Part shown: in pieces, positions 1-11,451 of the stretch
How positions within the stretch are numbered: position 1 is the stretch's first letter
How the letters are laid out: every line of letters begins with the position of its first letter
Program-made: the position numbers and the translations under genes
The notes under the pieces: generated by a model
The model's input: the letters and a program-made list of their open reading frames with translations, nothing else
Told to the model about the DNA's origin: nothing
Databases searched by the model: none
Assembly (NCBI GenBank): GCA_046290385.1
Contig: JBKAGM010000005.1
Span: 1,539-65,538 of the forward strand
Length of the DNA stretch: 64,000 nucleotides
DNA from: Gammaproteobacteria bacterium
Lineage (GTDB): Bacteria > Pseudomonadota > Gammaproteobacteria > JAGOUN01
Direction of reading: 5' to 3'

Positions 1-535
1 ACATTTCTTCCGCTGGGTCTTCATCATCATTAATGATTTCTTGAGAGAGTGTTTTAAGGCCTATCATTGCTGTTAACACTTCTGCTTTGTCTTTTCTACG
101 AATGAGGTCTAAAAGTATTATCTTATTATCATTTCCCGCCACAAGCTCGTTGAGTGATAGGTCGATTTCGTTTAATGCGATTTCTATGAACTCCAATGCT
201 TCCAAGCGATTTTTTGAAAGAAGCTTTTTCAGAAGCTTAATTAATTTTATGTCATAAAATAAAATATCATGCATGAAGAGGTTGTCTTGCTGTGTGCTTG
301 ATATTTTAGAACAAGTTTGTAGCAGCAATCTGAATGCTTCTAGACGTTGTTCTTTTGGGATAGCTTTGATAATAGCGCCAAGATGGATTGAAATTATATT
401 AAGACAGGCGGTGTTTTATTCACTCTCCAGGATTCTATTAAGATGGGAGTGAAAAACATTCATTCGTTCATCTTTTACAGTCTCACGAAGCAAGTGATGT
501 AAATCTTCACATTCCAGAAAAAGCTCATTGCTCAT
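1..535 (-). pseudogene. Helical-repeat hypothetical protein (effector-like) with in-frame TAA at codon 40; runs off the window edge
   Basis: Manual translation: AAGGA SD then ATG at 535 (MSNELFLECEDLHHLLRETVKDERMNVFHSHLNRILESE*); TAA at 416-418; same frame stays open to base 1 (NTACLNIISIHLGAIIKAIPKEQRLEAF...). Absent from the ORF track. Confidence 0.6.
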
Positions 536-557
536 GCGTAAAGTCCTTTTATAGAGT

Positions 558-620
558 GGCAGCGCTGCAAATTAGCTGTTGTCATCCTCAGTATAGCAAC
601 AGGTGGTTTGCAACACTACT
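558..620. repeat. Degenerate inverted repeat resembling paired MITE ends
   Basis: Arms ggcagcgctgcaaattagctgttg / caacaggtggtttgcaacactact; the right arm resembles the MITE end gttcgcaacactcc. Confidence 0.45.
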
Positions 621-639
621 TCGATCATGTAATTGCTAA

Positions 640-1650
640 TTACTTAGCACTCATCAATGCCATAGTCGTATCTAACATTCGGTTCGAAAAGCCCCATTCA
701 TTGTCATACCATGACAAGACTTTAACGAGTCGGCCACTGACTTTGGTTTGTGATTCTTCGTAAATTGAAGAAGCTGGGCAGTGGTTGAAATCGGAAGAGA
801 CGAGCGGCTCATCGTTATAAGCGAGGACATCTTTTAAGTCACTTTCGCTTGCTTTTCGCATGAGTTGATTGATTTCTTCCACTGAAGTATCACATCCAGC
901 GGTAAACGTTAAATCAACCAAAGAGACATTGGCTGTAGGAACGCGTACTGCAAAACCATCGAGTTTGCCATTTAATTCTGGCAACACTAAACCTACGGCA
1001 GCAGCGGCCCCAGTTTTAGTAGGAATCATATTGATGGCAGCTGCTCGTGCTCGTCGCATATCTTTGTGATAGACGTCGTTGAGCACTTGGTCGTTAGTAT
1101 AAGCGTGAACAGTTGTCATCAAACCTTGTACGATACCAATATTTTCATGCAATACTTTTGCGATAGGCGCTAAACAGTTTGTGGTGCATGAAGCGTTGGA
1201 AATCACCGTGTCAGATGCTTTCAACACGTCTTGATTGACGCCATAGACGACGGTAGCATCGACATCGTTACCGCCAGGAGCAGAAATAATCACTTTTTTC
1301 GCACCTGATGCCAAATGTGCTGAAGCTTTTTCTTTGCTAGCAAATAATCCGGTGCATTCATAGACAACATCGACACCTAATTCGCCCCAAGGCAATTGGC
1401 TTGGGTCACGAATTTCAGTGACTTTGATGCGATCGCCGTTAACGACTAAATCGCCATCTTTGATATCAACCTTACCTGGGAATTTGCCATGCACAGAATC
1501 ATAACGTGTTAAATATGCGTGGATGTCGACATCGCCCAAGCTATTGATGGCGACGACTTTAATTTTTTTGTGATCCTTAGATTCATATAATGCGCGTAGA
1601 ATATTGCGACCGATACGGCCATAACCATTGATAGCAACTTTAATTGTCAT
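640..1650 (-). CDS. gapA: Glyceraldehyde-3-phosphate dehydrogenase (type I)
   Basis: INGYGRIGR, catalytic [17 protein letters not shown]. Confidence 0.96.
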   Translation of the reverse strand: MTIKVAINGYGRIGRNILRALYESKDHKKIKVVAINSLGDVDIHAYLTRYDSVHGKFPGKVDIKDGDLVVNGDRIKVTEIRDPSQLPWGELGVDVVYECTGLFASKEKASAHLASGAKKVIISAPGGNDVDATVVYGVNQDVLKASDTVISNASCTTNCLAPIAKVLHENIGIVQGLMTTVHAYTNDQVLNDVYHKDMRRARAAAINMIPTKTGAAAAVGLVLPELNGKLDGFAVRVPTANVSLVDLTFTAGCDTSVEEINQLMRKASESDLKDVLAYNDEPLVSSDFNHCPASSIYEESQTKVSGRLVKVLSWYDNEWGFSNRMLDTTMALMSAK

Positions 1651-1654
1651 GTTT

Positions 1655-3661
1655 TTATTCCTCTATGAGTGTTTCTGATAGTAATGTTAACGTTTCTTGA
1701 ACGATATTCTCTACAGTAAAACCAAAGTATTCGAACAGTTGGTTTGCAGGTGCCGAAGCGCCAAAGGTATTTAGCGCGATGATTTTACCGCAAGGTCCTA
1801 CCCATCGATACCAGCTCTCTGCAACGCCAGCTTCAATGGCGATGCGAGATTTGACATGCGAAGGGAGAATTTTTTCTTGGTACGCGCGATCTTGCTCAGC
1901 AAATTTTTTCATGCTTGGCATAGACACAACGCGTACTTGTTTTCCTTGTTTTTTTAAGTTTTGGGCAGCAAGTACAGCAAGTTCGACTTCGGAGCCTGTG
2001 GCGATAAAAATAATGTTGGGAGTCTCATCGCAATCGATTAATACATAAGCGCCACGACGTATGCCTTCGATTTGAGCTGCGGTTCGTGTTTGCTGCGCGA
2101 GATTTTGTCGTGTGAGTAACAAGCAAGTTGGTCCGGCATATTTCAGCGATTGCTCCCATGCAATCAATGTTTCAATGGCATCACAAGGTCGCCATAGCAT
2201 TAAGTTTGGGATAAGGCGAAGGCTTGCAATATGTTCTATAGGTTGGTGCGTTGGGCCATCTTCGCCCAAACCAATTGAGTCATGCGTGTAAACATAGATG
2301 ACTCGTTGTTTCATCAATGCAGACAGCCGTACGGCATTGCGGGCATAATCAGAAAACGTTAAAAACGTACCGCCAAAAGGAATAAAGCCGCCGTGTAGTG
2401 CGATACCATTCATGATGGCTGACATGCCGAACTCCCGAACGCCATAGTGCAAGTAGTTGCCATTATCGTGAGCGTTAATGATTTTCGCCTCTTTCCACTG
2501 CGTGCCATTTGAGCCAGTTAAGTCGGCAGAACCGCCCAGTAATTCAGGACAGTGTGGCGCCAATGCATTTAGGCATGCTTGCGAAGATTTTCGTGTCGCA
2601 ATAGGCTTTTCGTTAGCCATGGCAGATAATGCATCGTTAACAAGTGTTTCGAAATTTTCAGGCAAGTGTTTTTCCATGCGGCGTTGTAATTCTTTTGCGA
2701 GCTTTGGATGTTCTGTTTGATATTTTTCCCAGGCAGCGCTCCATTCTTGTTGACGTGTGCCGCCTTGTTTGCGTGCATTCCAAGCATTATAAATCTCTTC
2801 AGGAATCTCAAACGGCGCATGCGACCATTCTAAGGCCTTGCGTGTTGCAGAAATTTCTTCATCGCCCAAGGGAGAGCCGTGTGATGTTTCTGTGCCGGCA
2901 AGATTAGGCGAACCATATCCGATGACTGTTTTACAGCAAATCAATGTAGGTTTGTCCGTAACGTTTTGCGCCTCGACAATCGCTTTTTTAATTGCCTCGT
3001 GATCATGTCCATCGACATTAGGAATGACATGCCATTGATACGCTTCGAAGCGTTTTGGTGTATCGTCAGTGAACCAGCCTTCGACCTCGCCATCGATAGA
3101 AATACCATTGTCATCATAAAATGCGATGAGTTTGCCAAGTTTTAAGGTGCCTGCAATTGAGCACGCTTCGTGAGAAACGCCTTCCATTAGGCAGCCATCG
3201 CCCAAGAAAACGTACGTGTGATGATCGATGAGTTGGATATCGTCTTGGTTAAAGTTTTTGGCTAATAGTTTTTCGGCCAGCGCCATACCAACGGCATTGG
3301 CTATTCCTTGGCCAAGCGGGCCGGTGGTGGTTTCGATGCCGGGCGCCTCATGGAATTCGGGATGGCCGGGAGTTTTGGAATGCATTTGGCGGAAATTTTT
3401 AAGATCGTCTATGGTCAAGTCATAGCCAGAAAGGTGTAACAATGCATAATGTAGCATGGCGCCGTGCCCATTTGAAAGGACAAATCGGTCGCGGTTCCAC
3501 CATTGGGGATCGGCAGGATTATGTTTTAAAAAGTCACGCCACAAGACTTCGGCGATGTCAGCCATGCCCATAGGCATGCCGGGGTGGCCAGAATTTGCGC
3601 GTTGGACGGCATCCATGCTAAGGGCGCGGATGGCATTGGCGAGTTCGCGATGTGTAGGCAT
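1655..3661 (-). CDS. tkt: Transketolase
   Basis: [17 protein letters not shown] ThDP motif, GEDGPTHQP. Confidence 0.98.
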   Translation of the reverse strand: MPTHRELANAIRALSMDAVQRANSGHPGMPMGMADIAEVLWRDFLKHNPADPQWWNRDRFVLSNGHGAMLHYALLHLSGYDLTIDDLKNFRQMHSKTPGHPEFHEAPGIETTTGPLGQGIANAVGMALAEKLLAKNFNQDDIQLIDHHTYVFLGDGCLMEGVSHEACSIAGTLKLGKLIAFYDDNGISIDGEVEGWFTDDTPKRFEAYQWHVIPNVDGHDHEAIKKAIVEAQNVTDKPTLICCKTVIGYGSPNLAGTETSHGSPLGDEEISATRKALEWSHAPFEIPEEIYNAWNARKQGGTRQQEWSAAWEKYQTEHPKLAKELQRRMEKHLPENFETLVNDALSAMANEKPIATRKSSQACLNALAPHCPELLGGSADLTGSNGTQWKEAKIINAHDNGNYLHYGVREFGMSAIMNGIALHGGFIPFGGTFLTFSDYARNAVRLSALMKQRVIYVYTHDSIGLGEDGPTHQPIEHIASLRLIPNLMLWRPCDAIETLIAWEQSLKYAGPTCLLLTRQNLAQQTRTAAQIEGIRRGAYVLIDCDETPNIIFIATGSEVELAVLAAQNLKKQGKQVRVVSMPSMKKFAEQDRAYQEKILPSHVKSRIAIEAGVAESWYRWVGPCGKIIALNTFGASAPANQLFEYFGFTVENIVQETLTLLSETLIEE

Positions 3662-3769
3662 TTTTGTCGTATTCCTTGGTTGTGTTTTTGCAGCACTTTT
3701 CAGGTTGCGGCATAGATATTACGTGGCGATATTGTACTCGGAGTCGCCTCAAATTCCTACCTTTTGGCT

Positions 3770-3785
3770 CTTAAGACTTCCTTAA
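3770..3785 (+). promoter_or_regulatory. PmrA-box-like direct repeat (cTTAA-N6-cTTAA)
   Basis: cttaa gacttc cttaa, followed 22 nt later by TAAGAT (3808-3813) and the ATG at 3839. Confidence 0.5.
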
Positions 3786-3838
3786 GCTTTTTTAGGATGG
3801 ACTATGTTAAGATGAACCAAAATAATTAAAGGCTACGT

Positions 3839-6790
3839 ATGAGTGGAGTGAGGTCCGAAGAATATAAAGGTTTTGATGAAGAATCTTTAGAGTATAAAGG
3901 TTTTGATGAAGAGTCTTCCTCTTCTGGTTCTGTTGATCCCAAAACAAAGGAAATGGCGCAAGCCATTGGTCATGTCTATCACGACTATTTTGTGGAAGAG
4001 TCTATCAATTTAGAACATCCTGAATTAGTTCAATATTTTTTAGATAATCGCGATAATATTGAAGACTGGTATAAACATAACCACAAGAACTATTACCCTC
4101 GTTGGCGAGGGCTATTCGTGGAAAAACTGGTTTCGCATTATGTTGCTGCAGATTCTAAATCCCTTAGTCGTATTTTTGACAACACCAAATTAGATAAGGT
4201 GTTGCTGCCGTATTCGCTTAAAAAGATCGTGGATAATTTGTCCGCCACGATAGTGGACGAACAAAGTGTTGAAAAAGGCGTATTAAGGGCAGTCTATAAC
4301 TATTTGGAACAGACAGAAGAAAGGTTTCATTCAATTAACTTTAAACATGAGGTGTTAATTGAAGAAATCATATGCAAAATTAAAGAAAGGGTTGAAAATT
4401 TTGATGACTATCTGGAAAAAATTGGCAGAGATGAAGAGGGTCTGAAGCATGTAATTTACTTCTGTATGAATGAAAGCCTTCAGGAGAAAGGTGATACCCA
4501 AATAATTCGCGGGAGTTTTGCAGGTATTTTGGTCAAGATTCATAATGCTTGCTCTTCACTTAATCATCCTGCGCATGCGCGAATTACACATGCAAAGTCC
4601 TGGATACAGGACATTCTTGTTAGAGACAATGAAGATCAATATTCGAATATAGGGCTAGGTGCTCAAGAGGGCGATAATCCACTTGCACAAAATTACCCTA
4701 TTGAAAACCTCCTGGTTGAGTGTGTGTTGAGCAGCGCGTACTTTATTGATCCTGTTATTTTTGACCAGGTTTTCCCCTATTTCTCTATTGATACACTCGA
4801 CGCAATGATTCAAAAGTTACAGCATGATGTCGATTCACCTTTTAAATCTCACAAAGTCAAAGACCGAAAACTTTTTTTAATTAAAAAAGCAGAATCCTAT
4901 TTACACGAGAAGCAGTTAAATGTAAATGACGATGAATTTTTGAATCATCTTGAGAATTATAGTGATGTTACGAAACTGCTTGTGCGTGCTGTGGGGAAAG
5001 CAGATGACGTTGACAAGCCTTGTGTTCGTTTGAATGTTCTGCATTTTATTGCAAAGTACGTGCCTGAAGCCTTATATGCACATCATAACATAGATGTAAG
5101 ACGGCGCTTGAAGGGAATAAGCGCCATTAAAGAGGTTGGTTTGTTGGCTTTATTAGGAAAAAATGCAGCTCAGGTCGTTCAATATTTTCAAAGCAGAGAG
5201 CAGTATTCGGCTATTGCGGCACTTGCAGCACCTAGTATTTCACAGCCTGTCGATGAGGCCAGTTTCTCTTCAACTTCTTCGATTAGTCATTCGACTTCAA
5301 GCAAGTCTACCAGTTCACAATCGAGTAGAAACCCGCTTTTGAGGGTTTTCCCATCCCCTAGGCGGAAGCCGTTTTCATTTACAGCAAGTAGCAGTGGTGT
5401 ATCCTCAATTGGCTCAGGTTCTGATTTGAGTTCTGATAATTCTCAGACAGATATTGACCTTAATGATGCATGTTTAATTCTTTCTTACCAATGCGATAAC
5501 TTGCCAGATTTGCGTATGTACGGTTCGTTGCCAAGTATGAAAGCCATTGCGGCAATTTTGCGTGACGAGTCAGTGAGCGCCGAAAATAGATTGTTATTGG
5601 TAAGTGAAATTTCCAAAACACGCATGCGGCAGTTAACGTTTTATTTGCCAGAAAAGTATAAAATGATTTTTGAAACTTTGCGGAGCATTGACGCTTCTGG
5701 GTGTGGGGCTAACAAGGCTTCTAACGAGTCAACGCAAACAAGCAAGTTAAAGCGTTTAGTGAAAGCGCTTAAAGGTGAAAAAGAAAGTAGTAAACTCAAA
5801 AAACTCGCGTTGAAAAAGCGCATTCAGCTTAGTGAAAGATATTCGCCACTAAAAAGCCAGCTTTCCTCCCCGCTGGATGAAATTGAATTTTCTTCCATTT
5901 ATCTCAAGCAATATCTCCCGCGGCTTAAGTATGTTTACCGATATAAAAAAAATAGCGAGGAAATGTCCTTAGAAAAATTTGAAAAGGGCTTTGATAAACC
6001 TGCATCTGAACTCGCTCCAAGTTGGCCCGAAAAATGCTATGATGGTGTGCGTTGGATACAGAATATTTACAACACTATCAATGAAGACGACCAAGCATTT
6101 AGAGCCTCTGCTGCAAAAGTGTTGTCTAAATTTATGATAAAACACTCTGGTTTTTCTGAAAAGAGGCATGTTTTTTATAGCGCATTAGTAGATGTGGTGA
6201 TTGATCGACTACAGTCTGGAACAGATGTTGATTTAAGGGCAGGGTTTTCTCCTGTTGTTCACCCCGACGTCTATTTTCAAACACTTCTTCGCCTCATCAA
6301 AGAAGAGGTTAAAGGTGGAAGAAACGGATTCAAAAGGTTTAGAGAGCTATTCCAATTGTATGAAAGTCTTGCCAATGATGTGGATCAGGATCAGGACTCG
6401 AATCAGGAATTAGCCGATATGCATAGTAGATTTTCTCAATTTATTGAAACTCGAGAAGATAGCTGGATCAATCGCCCTAGTAATACCGAAAAAATGTTAC
6501 AAATGATTTTAACCTCTTCAAAGTTGACTACAAATCAGCGATTTGAGTGCATGCAGCAAGTGGCGAATAGTCGGCGTTCCGATAATCCTCATTTTGAGGT
6601 GAGTTGTAACTTATCTAAAACAATTCAAAACCACTTAGATCCAGCTGCACTAAAACCTGAAGAGGGTGTCACAGATAGGGCAAAAGAAAATTATAGAAAG
6701 TTGCTTGATTCCAATTGGATAACTCATTTTGGTCCTACTACGGCTTCATCAAGACACACTTCTCAGAGGGCAAGTCACAATCAGCCCTAA
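3839..6790 (+). CDS. Large hypothetical protein (983 aa), candidate secreted effector
   Basis: Long ORF with SD-like AAAGG, N-terminal tandem EYKGFDEES repeat, central Ser-rich tract, no recognisable enzyme motif. Confidence 0.8.
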   Translation: MSGVRSEEYKGFDEESLEYKGFDEESSSSGSVDPKTKEMAQAIGHVYHDYFVEESINLEHPELVQYFLDNRDNIEDWYKHNHKNYYPRWRGLFVEKLVSHYVAADSKSLSRIFDNTKLDKVLLPYSLKKIVDNLSATIVDEQSVEKGVLRAVYNYLEQTEERFHSINFKHEVLIEEIICKIKERVENFDDYLEKIGRDEEGLKHVIYFCMNESLQEKGDTQIIRGSFAGILVKIHNACSSLNHPAHARITHAKSWIQDILVRDNEDQYSNIGLGAQEGDNPLAQNYPIENLLVECVLSSAYFIDPVIFDQVFPYFSIDTLDAMIQKLQHDVDSPFKSHKVKDRKLFLIKKAESYLHEKQLNVNDDEFLNHLENYSDVTKLLVRAVGKADDVDKPCVRLNVLHFIAKYVPEALYAHHNIDVRRRLKGISAIKEVGLLALLGKNAAQVVQYFQSREQYSAIAALAAPSISQPVDEASFSSTSSISHSTSSKSTSSQSSRNPLLRVFPSPRRKPFSFTASSSGVSSIGSGSDLSSDNSQTDIDLNDACLILSYQCDNLPDLRMYGSLPSMKAIAAILRDESVSAENRLLLVSEISKTRMRQLTFYLPEKYKMIFETLRSIDASGCGANKASNESTQTSKLKRLVKALKGEKESSKLKKLALKKRIQLSERYSPLKSQLSSPLDEIEFSSIYLKQYLPRLKYVYRYKKNSEEMSLEKFEKGFDKPASELAPSWPEKCYDGVRWIQNIYNTINEDDQAFRASAAKVLSKFMIKHSGFSEKRHVFYSALVDVVIDRLQSGTDVDLRAGFSPVVHPDVYFQTLLRLIKEEVKGGRNGFKRFRELFQLYESLANDVDQDQDSNQELADMHSRFSQFIETREDSWINRPSNTEKMLQMILTSSKLTTNQRFECMQQVANSRRSDNPHFEVSCNLSKTIQNHLDPAALKPEEGVTDRAKENYRKLLDSNWITHFGPTTASSRHTSQRASHNQP

Positions 6791-6794
6791 AGTA

Positions 6795-6803
6795 TGCTAT
6801 AAT
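6795..6803 (+). promoter_or_regulatory. Extended -10 promoter (TGcTATAAT) for the def operon
   Basis: Perfect TGnTATAAT ending 7 nt before the def ATG. Confidence 0.6.
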
Positions 6804-6810
6804 CAACGCC

Positions 6811-7320
6811 ATGACGAGATTGACCGTATTGAAATATCCTGACCCCAAGCTGCGTAACAAGGCAAAGCCTGTGGACTCGTTTAATGGCGATTTAAAGCAA
6901 CTGATCGATGATATGTATGAAACCATGTATATCGAAAATGGTTGTGGTTTGGCGGCTACCCAGGTCGGTATAGACAAGCGTGTTGTTGTGATGGATGTGA
7001 GCTCTCCAGGCGGCGACAAAGAGCCGCGATATTTTATCAATCCTGAAATTCTTTCGGCTGAGGGCGATACGCGATACCAAGAAGGTTGCCTGTCGGTGCC
7101 GGGTGTGTATGAATGGGTAAAGCGGGCTGAGAAAGTTCGATTTCGCACTTACGATTTGGATGGCAATCCTCATGAGGAAGATGCTGAAGGCTTGTTGGCT
7201 ATATGTATGCAGCATGAAATTGATCATCTCAATGGCATGCTATTTATCGATCGACTCTCATCGATCAAGCGCGCAAGGGCTAAGCGCATGTTAGAAAAAT
7301 TAAAAAGCAGGAATTTATAA
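6811..7320 (+). CDS. def: Peptide deformylase
   Basis: [24 protein letters not shown]; start set at ATG 6811 (the ORF-track TTG start overlaps the upstream gene). Confidence 0.96.
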   Translation: MTRLTVLKYPDPKLRNKAKPVDSFNGDLKQLIDDMYETMYIENGCGLAATQVGIDKRVVVMDVSSPGGDKEPRYFINPEILSAEGDTRYQEGCLSVPGVYEWVKRAEKVRFRTYDLDGNPHEEDAEGLLAICMQHEIDHLNGMLFIDRLSSIKRARAKRMLEKLKSRNL

Positions 7321-7322
7321 CC

Positions 7323-8246
7323 TTGAAGTTGGTTTTTGCCGGAACTCCAGATATTGCTGCAATGACGTTGCAGTCATTAATCGATGCTAACCATGAAATC
7401 ATCGCTGCTTATACACAACCTGATCGACCAGCCGGTCGGGGCAAAAAGCTCACCAAAAGTCCCGTTAAAGTACTTGCCGAGCAGCATAATATTTCCATTG
7501 AGCAGCCGCAGCGTTTCGACGAACAAGCTATAGCGACCCTCAAAAACTACCAGCCTGATATGATGATTGTCATTGCTTATGGTGTAATTTTGCCAAAAGC
7601 TGTATTAGATATCCCAACCCACGGATGCATCAATGTGCATTATTCGTTGTTGCCTCGTTGGCGAGGTGCCGCGCCCATTCAGCATGCTATTCTGGCGGGT
7701 GACACTCAGACAGGTGTGACTGTCATGCAGATGGATGAAGGCTTGGATACTGGGCCAATGCTCAAGCAGACGATGACGACGATTGTGTCAGAAGACACAT
7801 CACAAACGTTGTATGATCGTTTGGCAGCGTTGGGAGCTTCGTGTTTGTGCGAAACGCTAGAAGACTATTTGTCGCTCAATCCGAAAAAACAAGATTCAAC
7901 ACGCGCGACTTATGCACGTAAAATTCAAAAAAACCAAGCGAAAATCGATTGGCAAGATCCAGCGATATTCTCGGAGCGAAAAGTGCGAGCGTATTATCCT
8001 TGGCCTGTAGCATTTGTCGAAATCGATGGGCAGCCCGTCAGAATTTGGGAAGCCAGCATCGAGGCAAGCGATAGTGTAAATCCGCCAGGGACTGTTATTT
8101 CAGCGGATAAATCGGGGATTGTTGTGCAGACAGGCGAGAATGCGTTACGATTAATAAAGGTGCAATTGCCAGGGAAGCGAGCAATGCCGGTATCCGATGT
8201 GCTCAACGCCTATCGCTCTATGTTTGCAACAGGAAAACAATTATGA
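7323..8246 (+). CDS. fmt: Methionyl-tRNA formyltransferase
   Basis: FAGTPD, TQPDRPAGRG, INVHYSLLPRWRGAAPI; follows def. Confidence 0.97.
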   Translation: MKLVFAGTPDIAAMTLQSLIDANHEIIAAYTQPDRPAGRGKKLTKSPVKVLAEQHNISIEQPQRFDEQAIATLKNYQPDMMIVIAYGVILPKAVLDIPTHGCINVHYSLLPRWRGAAPIQHAILAGDTQTGVTVMQMDEGLDTGPMLKQTMTTIVSEDTSQTLYDRLAALGASCLCETLEDYLSLNPKKQDSTRATYARKIQKNQAKIDWQDPAIFSERKVRAYYPWPVAFVEIDGQPVRIWEASIEASDSVNPPGTVISADKSGIVVQTGENALRLIKVQLPGKRAMPVSDVLNAYRSMFATGKQL

Positions 8247-9538
8247 CGCCAAGAGTGGCCGCCACACATATTTTGACACGCGTCTTGAGGGATCATAGCT
8301 CTCTTACCTCTGCTTTGGAAGAAGGACTAGAAGCTGTTCATGAGGATGAACATGCTTTTGTGCGCGAATTATGTTTTGGCGTGTGTCGACATTATTTCTA
8401 TTTAGAAGCCATTATTAAACAACTTTTGCACGAACCATTACGCGCTAAAGATCAAGATATTCACGCGCTTATTTTAATCGGACTGTATCAATTGATTTAT
8501 ATGAAAATTCCAGACCATGCAGCAGTTTCTTCTACCGTTGAGACGGCACGGGGCCTGCGAAAGCAATGGGCGTGTAATCTTATTAACGCAGCATTACGAA
8601 AATTTTTACGACAGAAAAAAAAGCTCATGGGGTCGACAGAAAATATAGAGCCAGCGCATTATCGTCACCCGGCATGGTTGTTGCATCAGTTAAAAGCGGC
8701 ATGGCCAGATCATTGGGAAAAAATTATAGAAGCCAACAACACCCAAGCGCCTATGACTTTACGGGTAAACTTACAAAAAATATCGCGTGAAGATTATATT
8801 AGCCAATTAGCTGAATTAGACATTTCAGCAAAAGGTTTGGAGCACAGCACCTCTGCGATACAATTGGATAAACCAGTGCATGTGAATCTACTGCCTGGTT
8901 TTAATGATGGTTGGGTGTCAGTGCAGGATTTGGCGTCACAATGGGTGCCATCATTGATGCAGCTATCACCTCAGGCAAGAGTGCTAGACGCTTGTGCCGC
9001 GCCAGGTGGCAAAACGGGCCATATATTTGAGACGGAACCGAGCGTGCGATTATTGGCTGTGGATCATGATGAATCGCGTATGCAGAAAGTAAAAGATAAT
9101 TTACATCGCTTGCGCTTTAAGGCGGATTTAAAAACTTCGCTGCTTGAAAAAGTTGATAATTGGTGGGACCAAAAGCCTTTCGATATTATATTGTTGGATG
9201 CGCCTTGCTCTGCCACGGGTGTGATTCGTCGTCATCCGGACATCAAAATACTTAGACACAGTCACGATATTGATCGGCTGAGTCAACAGCAATTACATTT
9301 CTTACATGCAGTATGGCCAACGTTAAAGCGTGGTGGACGTTTGATTTATACAACATGTTCGGTGTTGCCTCAAGAAAATAACGAAGTGATAAAACAATTT
9401 TTAGCGCAACAGTCAGAAGCCTCCATTCATCCCATTGAATTACCCAAAGGTATTCGGCAATCTTTTGGATGGCAGTCTCTGCCAGAAGTCGATGGTCAAG
9501 ATGGATTTTTCTACTCTTGCATAATTAAAAGGAAATAA
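8243..9538 (+). CDS. rsmB: 16S rRNA m5C967 methyltransferase RsmB (Sun)
   Basis: NusB-like N-terminus, [30 protein letters not shown]; def-fmt-rsmB synteny. Confidence 0.96.
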   Translation: MTPRVAATHILTRVLRDHSSLTSALEEGLEAVHEDEHAFVRELCFGVCRHYFYLEAIIKQLLHEPLRAKDQDIHALILIGLYQLIYMKIPDHAAVSSTVETARGLRKQWACNLINAALRKFLRQKKKLMGSTENIEPAHYRHPAWLLHQLKAAWPDHWEKIIEANNTQAPMTLRVNLQKISREDYISQLAELDISAKGLEHSTSAIQLDKPVHVNLLPGFNDGWVSVQDLASQWVPSLMQLSPQARVLDACAAPGGKTGHIFETEPSVRLLAVDHDESRMQKVKDNLHRLRFKADLKTSLLEKVDNWWDQKPFDIILLDAPCSATGVIRRHPDIKILRHSHDIDRLSQQQLHFLHAVWPTLKRGGRLIYTTCSVLPQENNEVIKQFLAQQSEASIHPIELPKGIRQSFGWQSLPEVDGQDGFFYSCIIKRK

Positions 9539-9539
9539 C

Positions 9540-10580
9540 ATGCGTATTGAATATGATTTAAAATTAGATTTCAAAGATGTTTTGATTCGACCAAAGCGAA
9601 GTACACTAGAGTCACGTTCGCGTGTTTCACTTGTACGAGAATTTAAATTTATTAATGCGAATAAGGTATGGTCCGGCGTTCCTATCATTGCCTCAAACAT
9701 GGATCACACCGGCACGTTTGAAATGGCACAGCATTTATCAAAACACGAATTGCTTACAGCGATACATAAGTTTGTTACCGTTGAAGAGTGGCGAGATGCC
9801 CAAGATAAAGATCCTGATAGTCTTTCATATTCTTTTGTGACAATTGGTACAAGCGAAGAAGAGTTTGAAAAGTTGCCATTGATCTTTAAGCAAACGCGAT
9901 CGCAATTTATTTGTTTGGATGTTGCCAATGGTTATACGCAACGGTTTGTGGATTTTTTACGAAGATTGCGCGAAGCATTTCCTGAAAAGATTATTATGGC
10001 AGGAAATGTAGTGACTGGCGAAATGACTGAAGAGTTAATCATTTCGGGTGCTGATATTGTGAAGATTGGTATTGGGCCTGGCTCGGTGTGTACAACACGA
10101 CACAAAACGGGCGTGGGATATCCACAATTATCTGCCATCATTGAATGTGCCGATGCGGCGCATGGTTTAAAAGGTCTCGTCTGTGCTGATGGTGGATGCC
10201 AGGGTCCGGGTGATGTCGCCAAAGCTTTTGCAGCCGGTGCTGATTTTGTGATGTTAGGCGGTATGTTAGCTGGGCATGATGAGTGTGATGGCGAAGTGAC
10301 AGAAGTTGATGGTGAAAAATTCAAATCCTTTTATGGCATGAGTTCTGAGCATGCGATGCGAAAATATTATGGCGAAGTTGCTGACTATCGCGCAAGCGAA
10401 GGGAAGTTAGTACATGTGCCTTATCGAGGGCCGGTTGATAATACTATTTATGATATTTTGGGCGGGCTTCGCTCAGCCTGTACCTATGTTGGCGCGATGC
10501 GTTTAAAAGAACTATCCAAACGTACTACGTTTATCCATGTTTCCCGACAATTGAATGATATGTATGGAGATGAGGGGTGA
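9540..10580 (+). CDS. guaC: GMP reductase (type I)
   Basis: [41 protein letters not shown]; no CBS domains. Confidence 0.96.
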   Translation: MRIEYDLKLDFKDVLIRPKRSTLESRSRVSLVREFKFINANKVWSGVPIIASNMDHTGTFEMAQHLSKHELLTAIHKFVTVEEWRDAQDKDPDSLSYSFVTIGTSEEEFEKLPLIFKQTRSQFICLDVANGYTQRFVDFLRRLREAFPEKIIMAGNVVTGEMTEELIISGADIVKIGIGPGSVCTTRHKTGVGYPQLSAIIECADAAHGLKGLVCADGGCQGPGDVAKAFAAGADFVMLGGMLAGHDECDGEVTEVDGEKFKSFYGMSSEHAMRKYYGEVADYRASEGKLVHVPYRGPVDNTIYDILGGLRSACTYVGAMRLKELSKRTTFIHVSRQLNDMYGDEG

Positions 10581-10630
10581 TTGCTATCATCTTTATGAGA
10601 TGGTGTTTTTTGCGACTATACCTCTTGTCT

Positions 10631-10704
10631 CGTCATTCCTGCATAGGCAGGAATCTAGCTTTTTTTAGATGATGCTGGATCCTCCGCCTTTGCGAAGGAT
10701 GACG
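10631..10704. repeat. CGTC-tagged REP-like inverted doublet between convergent guaC and rpiA
   Basis: cgtcattcctgcataggcaggaatc ... gatcctccgcctttgcgaaggatgacg. Confidence 0.7.
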
Positions 10705-10795
10705 GAAAGGTGGCTTTTTTTAACAATGTTACTTTGTATGTGTTACTCAATTTTTTGGATTATGTAGTGCGCCAACTGCACCGAAGGCGCAACCA

Positions 10796-11443
10796 TTATT
10801 TCGTAACAACACCGTTGCTTGTTGCAACTAATACAGTATCTGCCCGACGGCTTGCAAACACGCCATTCTCAACGACGCCGGTGATTTGATTCAAAGTATT
10901 TTCAACGTTTAATGCATCGGTAAGATCGAGGTTGTGAACATCCAAAATAATATTTCCATTATCGGTCACAACATTCTCGCGATAGACAGGGTCTGCATTA
11001 AGCTTAACAATCTGACGTGCCACATAGCCGCGAGCCATGGGAACGACTTCAACAGCGACGGGAAATTCTCCCAGCACATCAATTTCTTTAGTCTCATCGA
11101 CGATACAAACAAACTGTTTTGCCGATTTTGCTAAAATCTTTTCACGAGTGAGAGCGGCGCCGCCGCCTTTAATCATTTGTTTTCGCGGGTCAATTTTATC
11201 AGCCCCATCGATGTAGATAGGCACTTCGCCGACATAGTTTAAATCGGCGACATGAAAACCTTGTTCTTTTAAGCGTTTTGCAGTGTCTTCAGAGCTGGCG
11301 ACGACAGTGTCGATATTGCCTTTGATCTTGGCGAGTTCTTCGATGAAATAATTCACCGTGCTTCCCGTGCCCACACCAATGACAGAATGCTGTTTGGCAA
11401 TCTCAATGGCCGCAATCGCTGCGGCTCTTTTTTGTGCGTCCAT
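10796..11443 (-). CDS. rpiA: Ribose-5-phosphate isomerase A
   Basis: GVGTGST, DGAD, KGGGAALTREK. Confidence 0.97.
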   Translation of the reverse strand: MDAQKRAAAIAAIEIAKQHSVIGVGTGSTVNYFIEELAKIKGNIDTVVASSEDTAKRLKEQGFHVADLNYVGEVPIYIDGADKIDPRKQMIKGGGAALTREKILAKSAKQFVCIVDETKEIDVLGEFPVAVEVVPMARGYVARQIVKLNADPVYRENVVTDNGNIILDVHNLDLTDALNVENTLNQITGVVENGVFASRRADTVLVATSNGVVTK

Positions 11444-11451
11444 GTCGCTCC

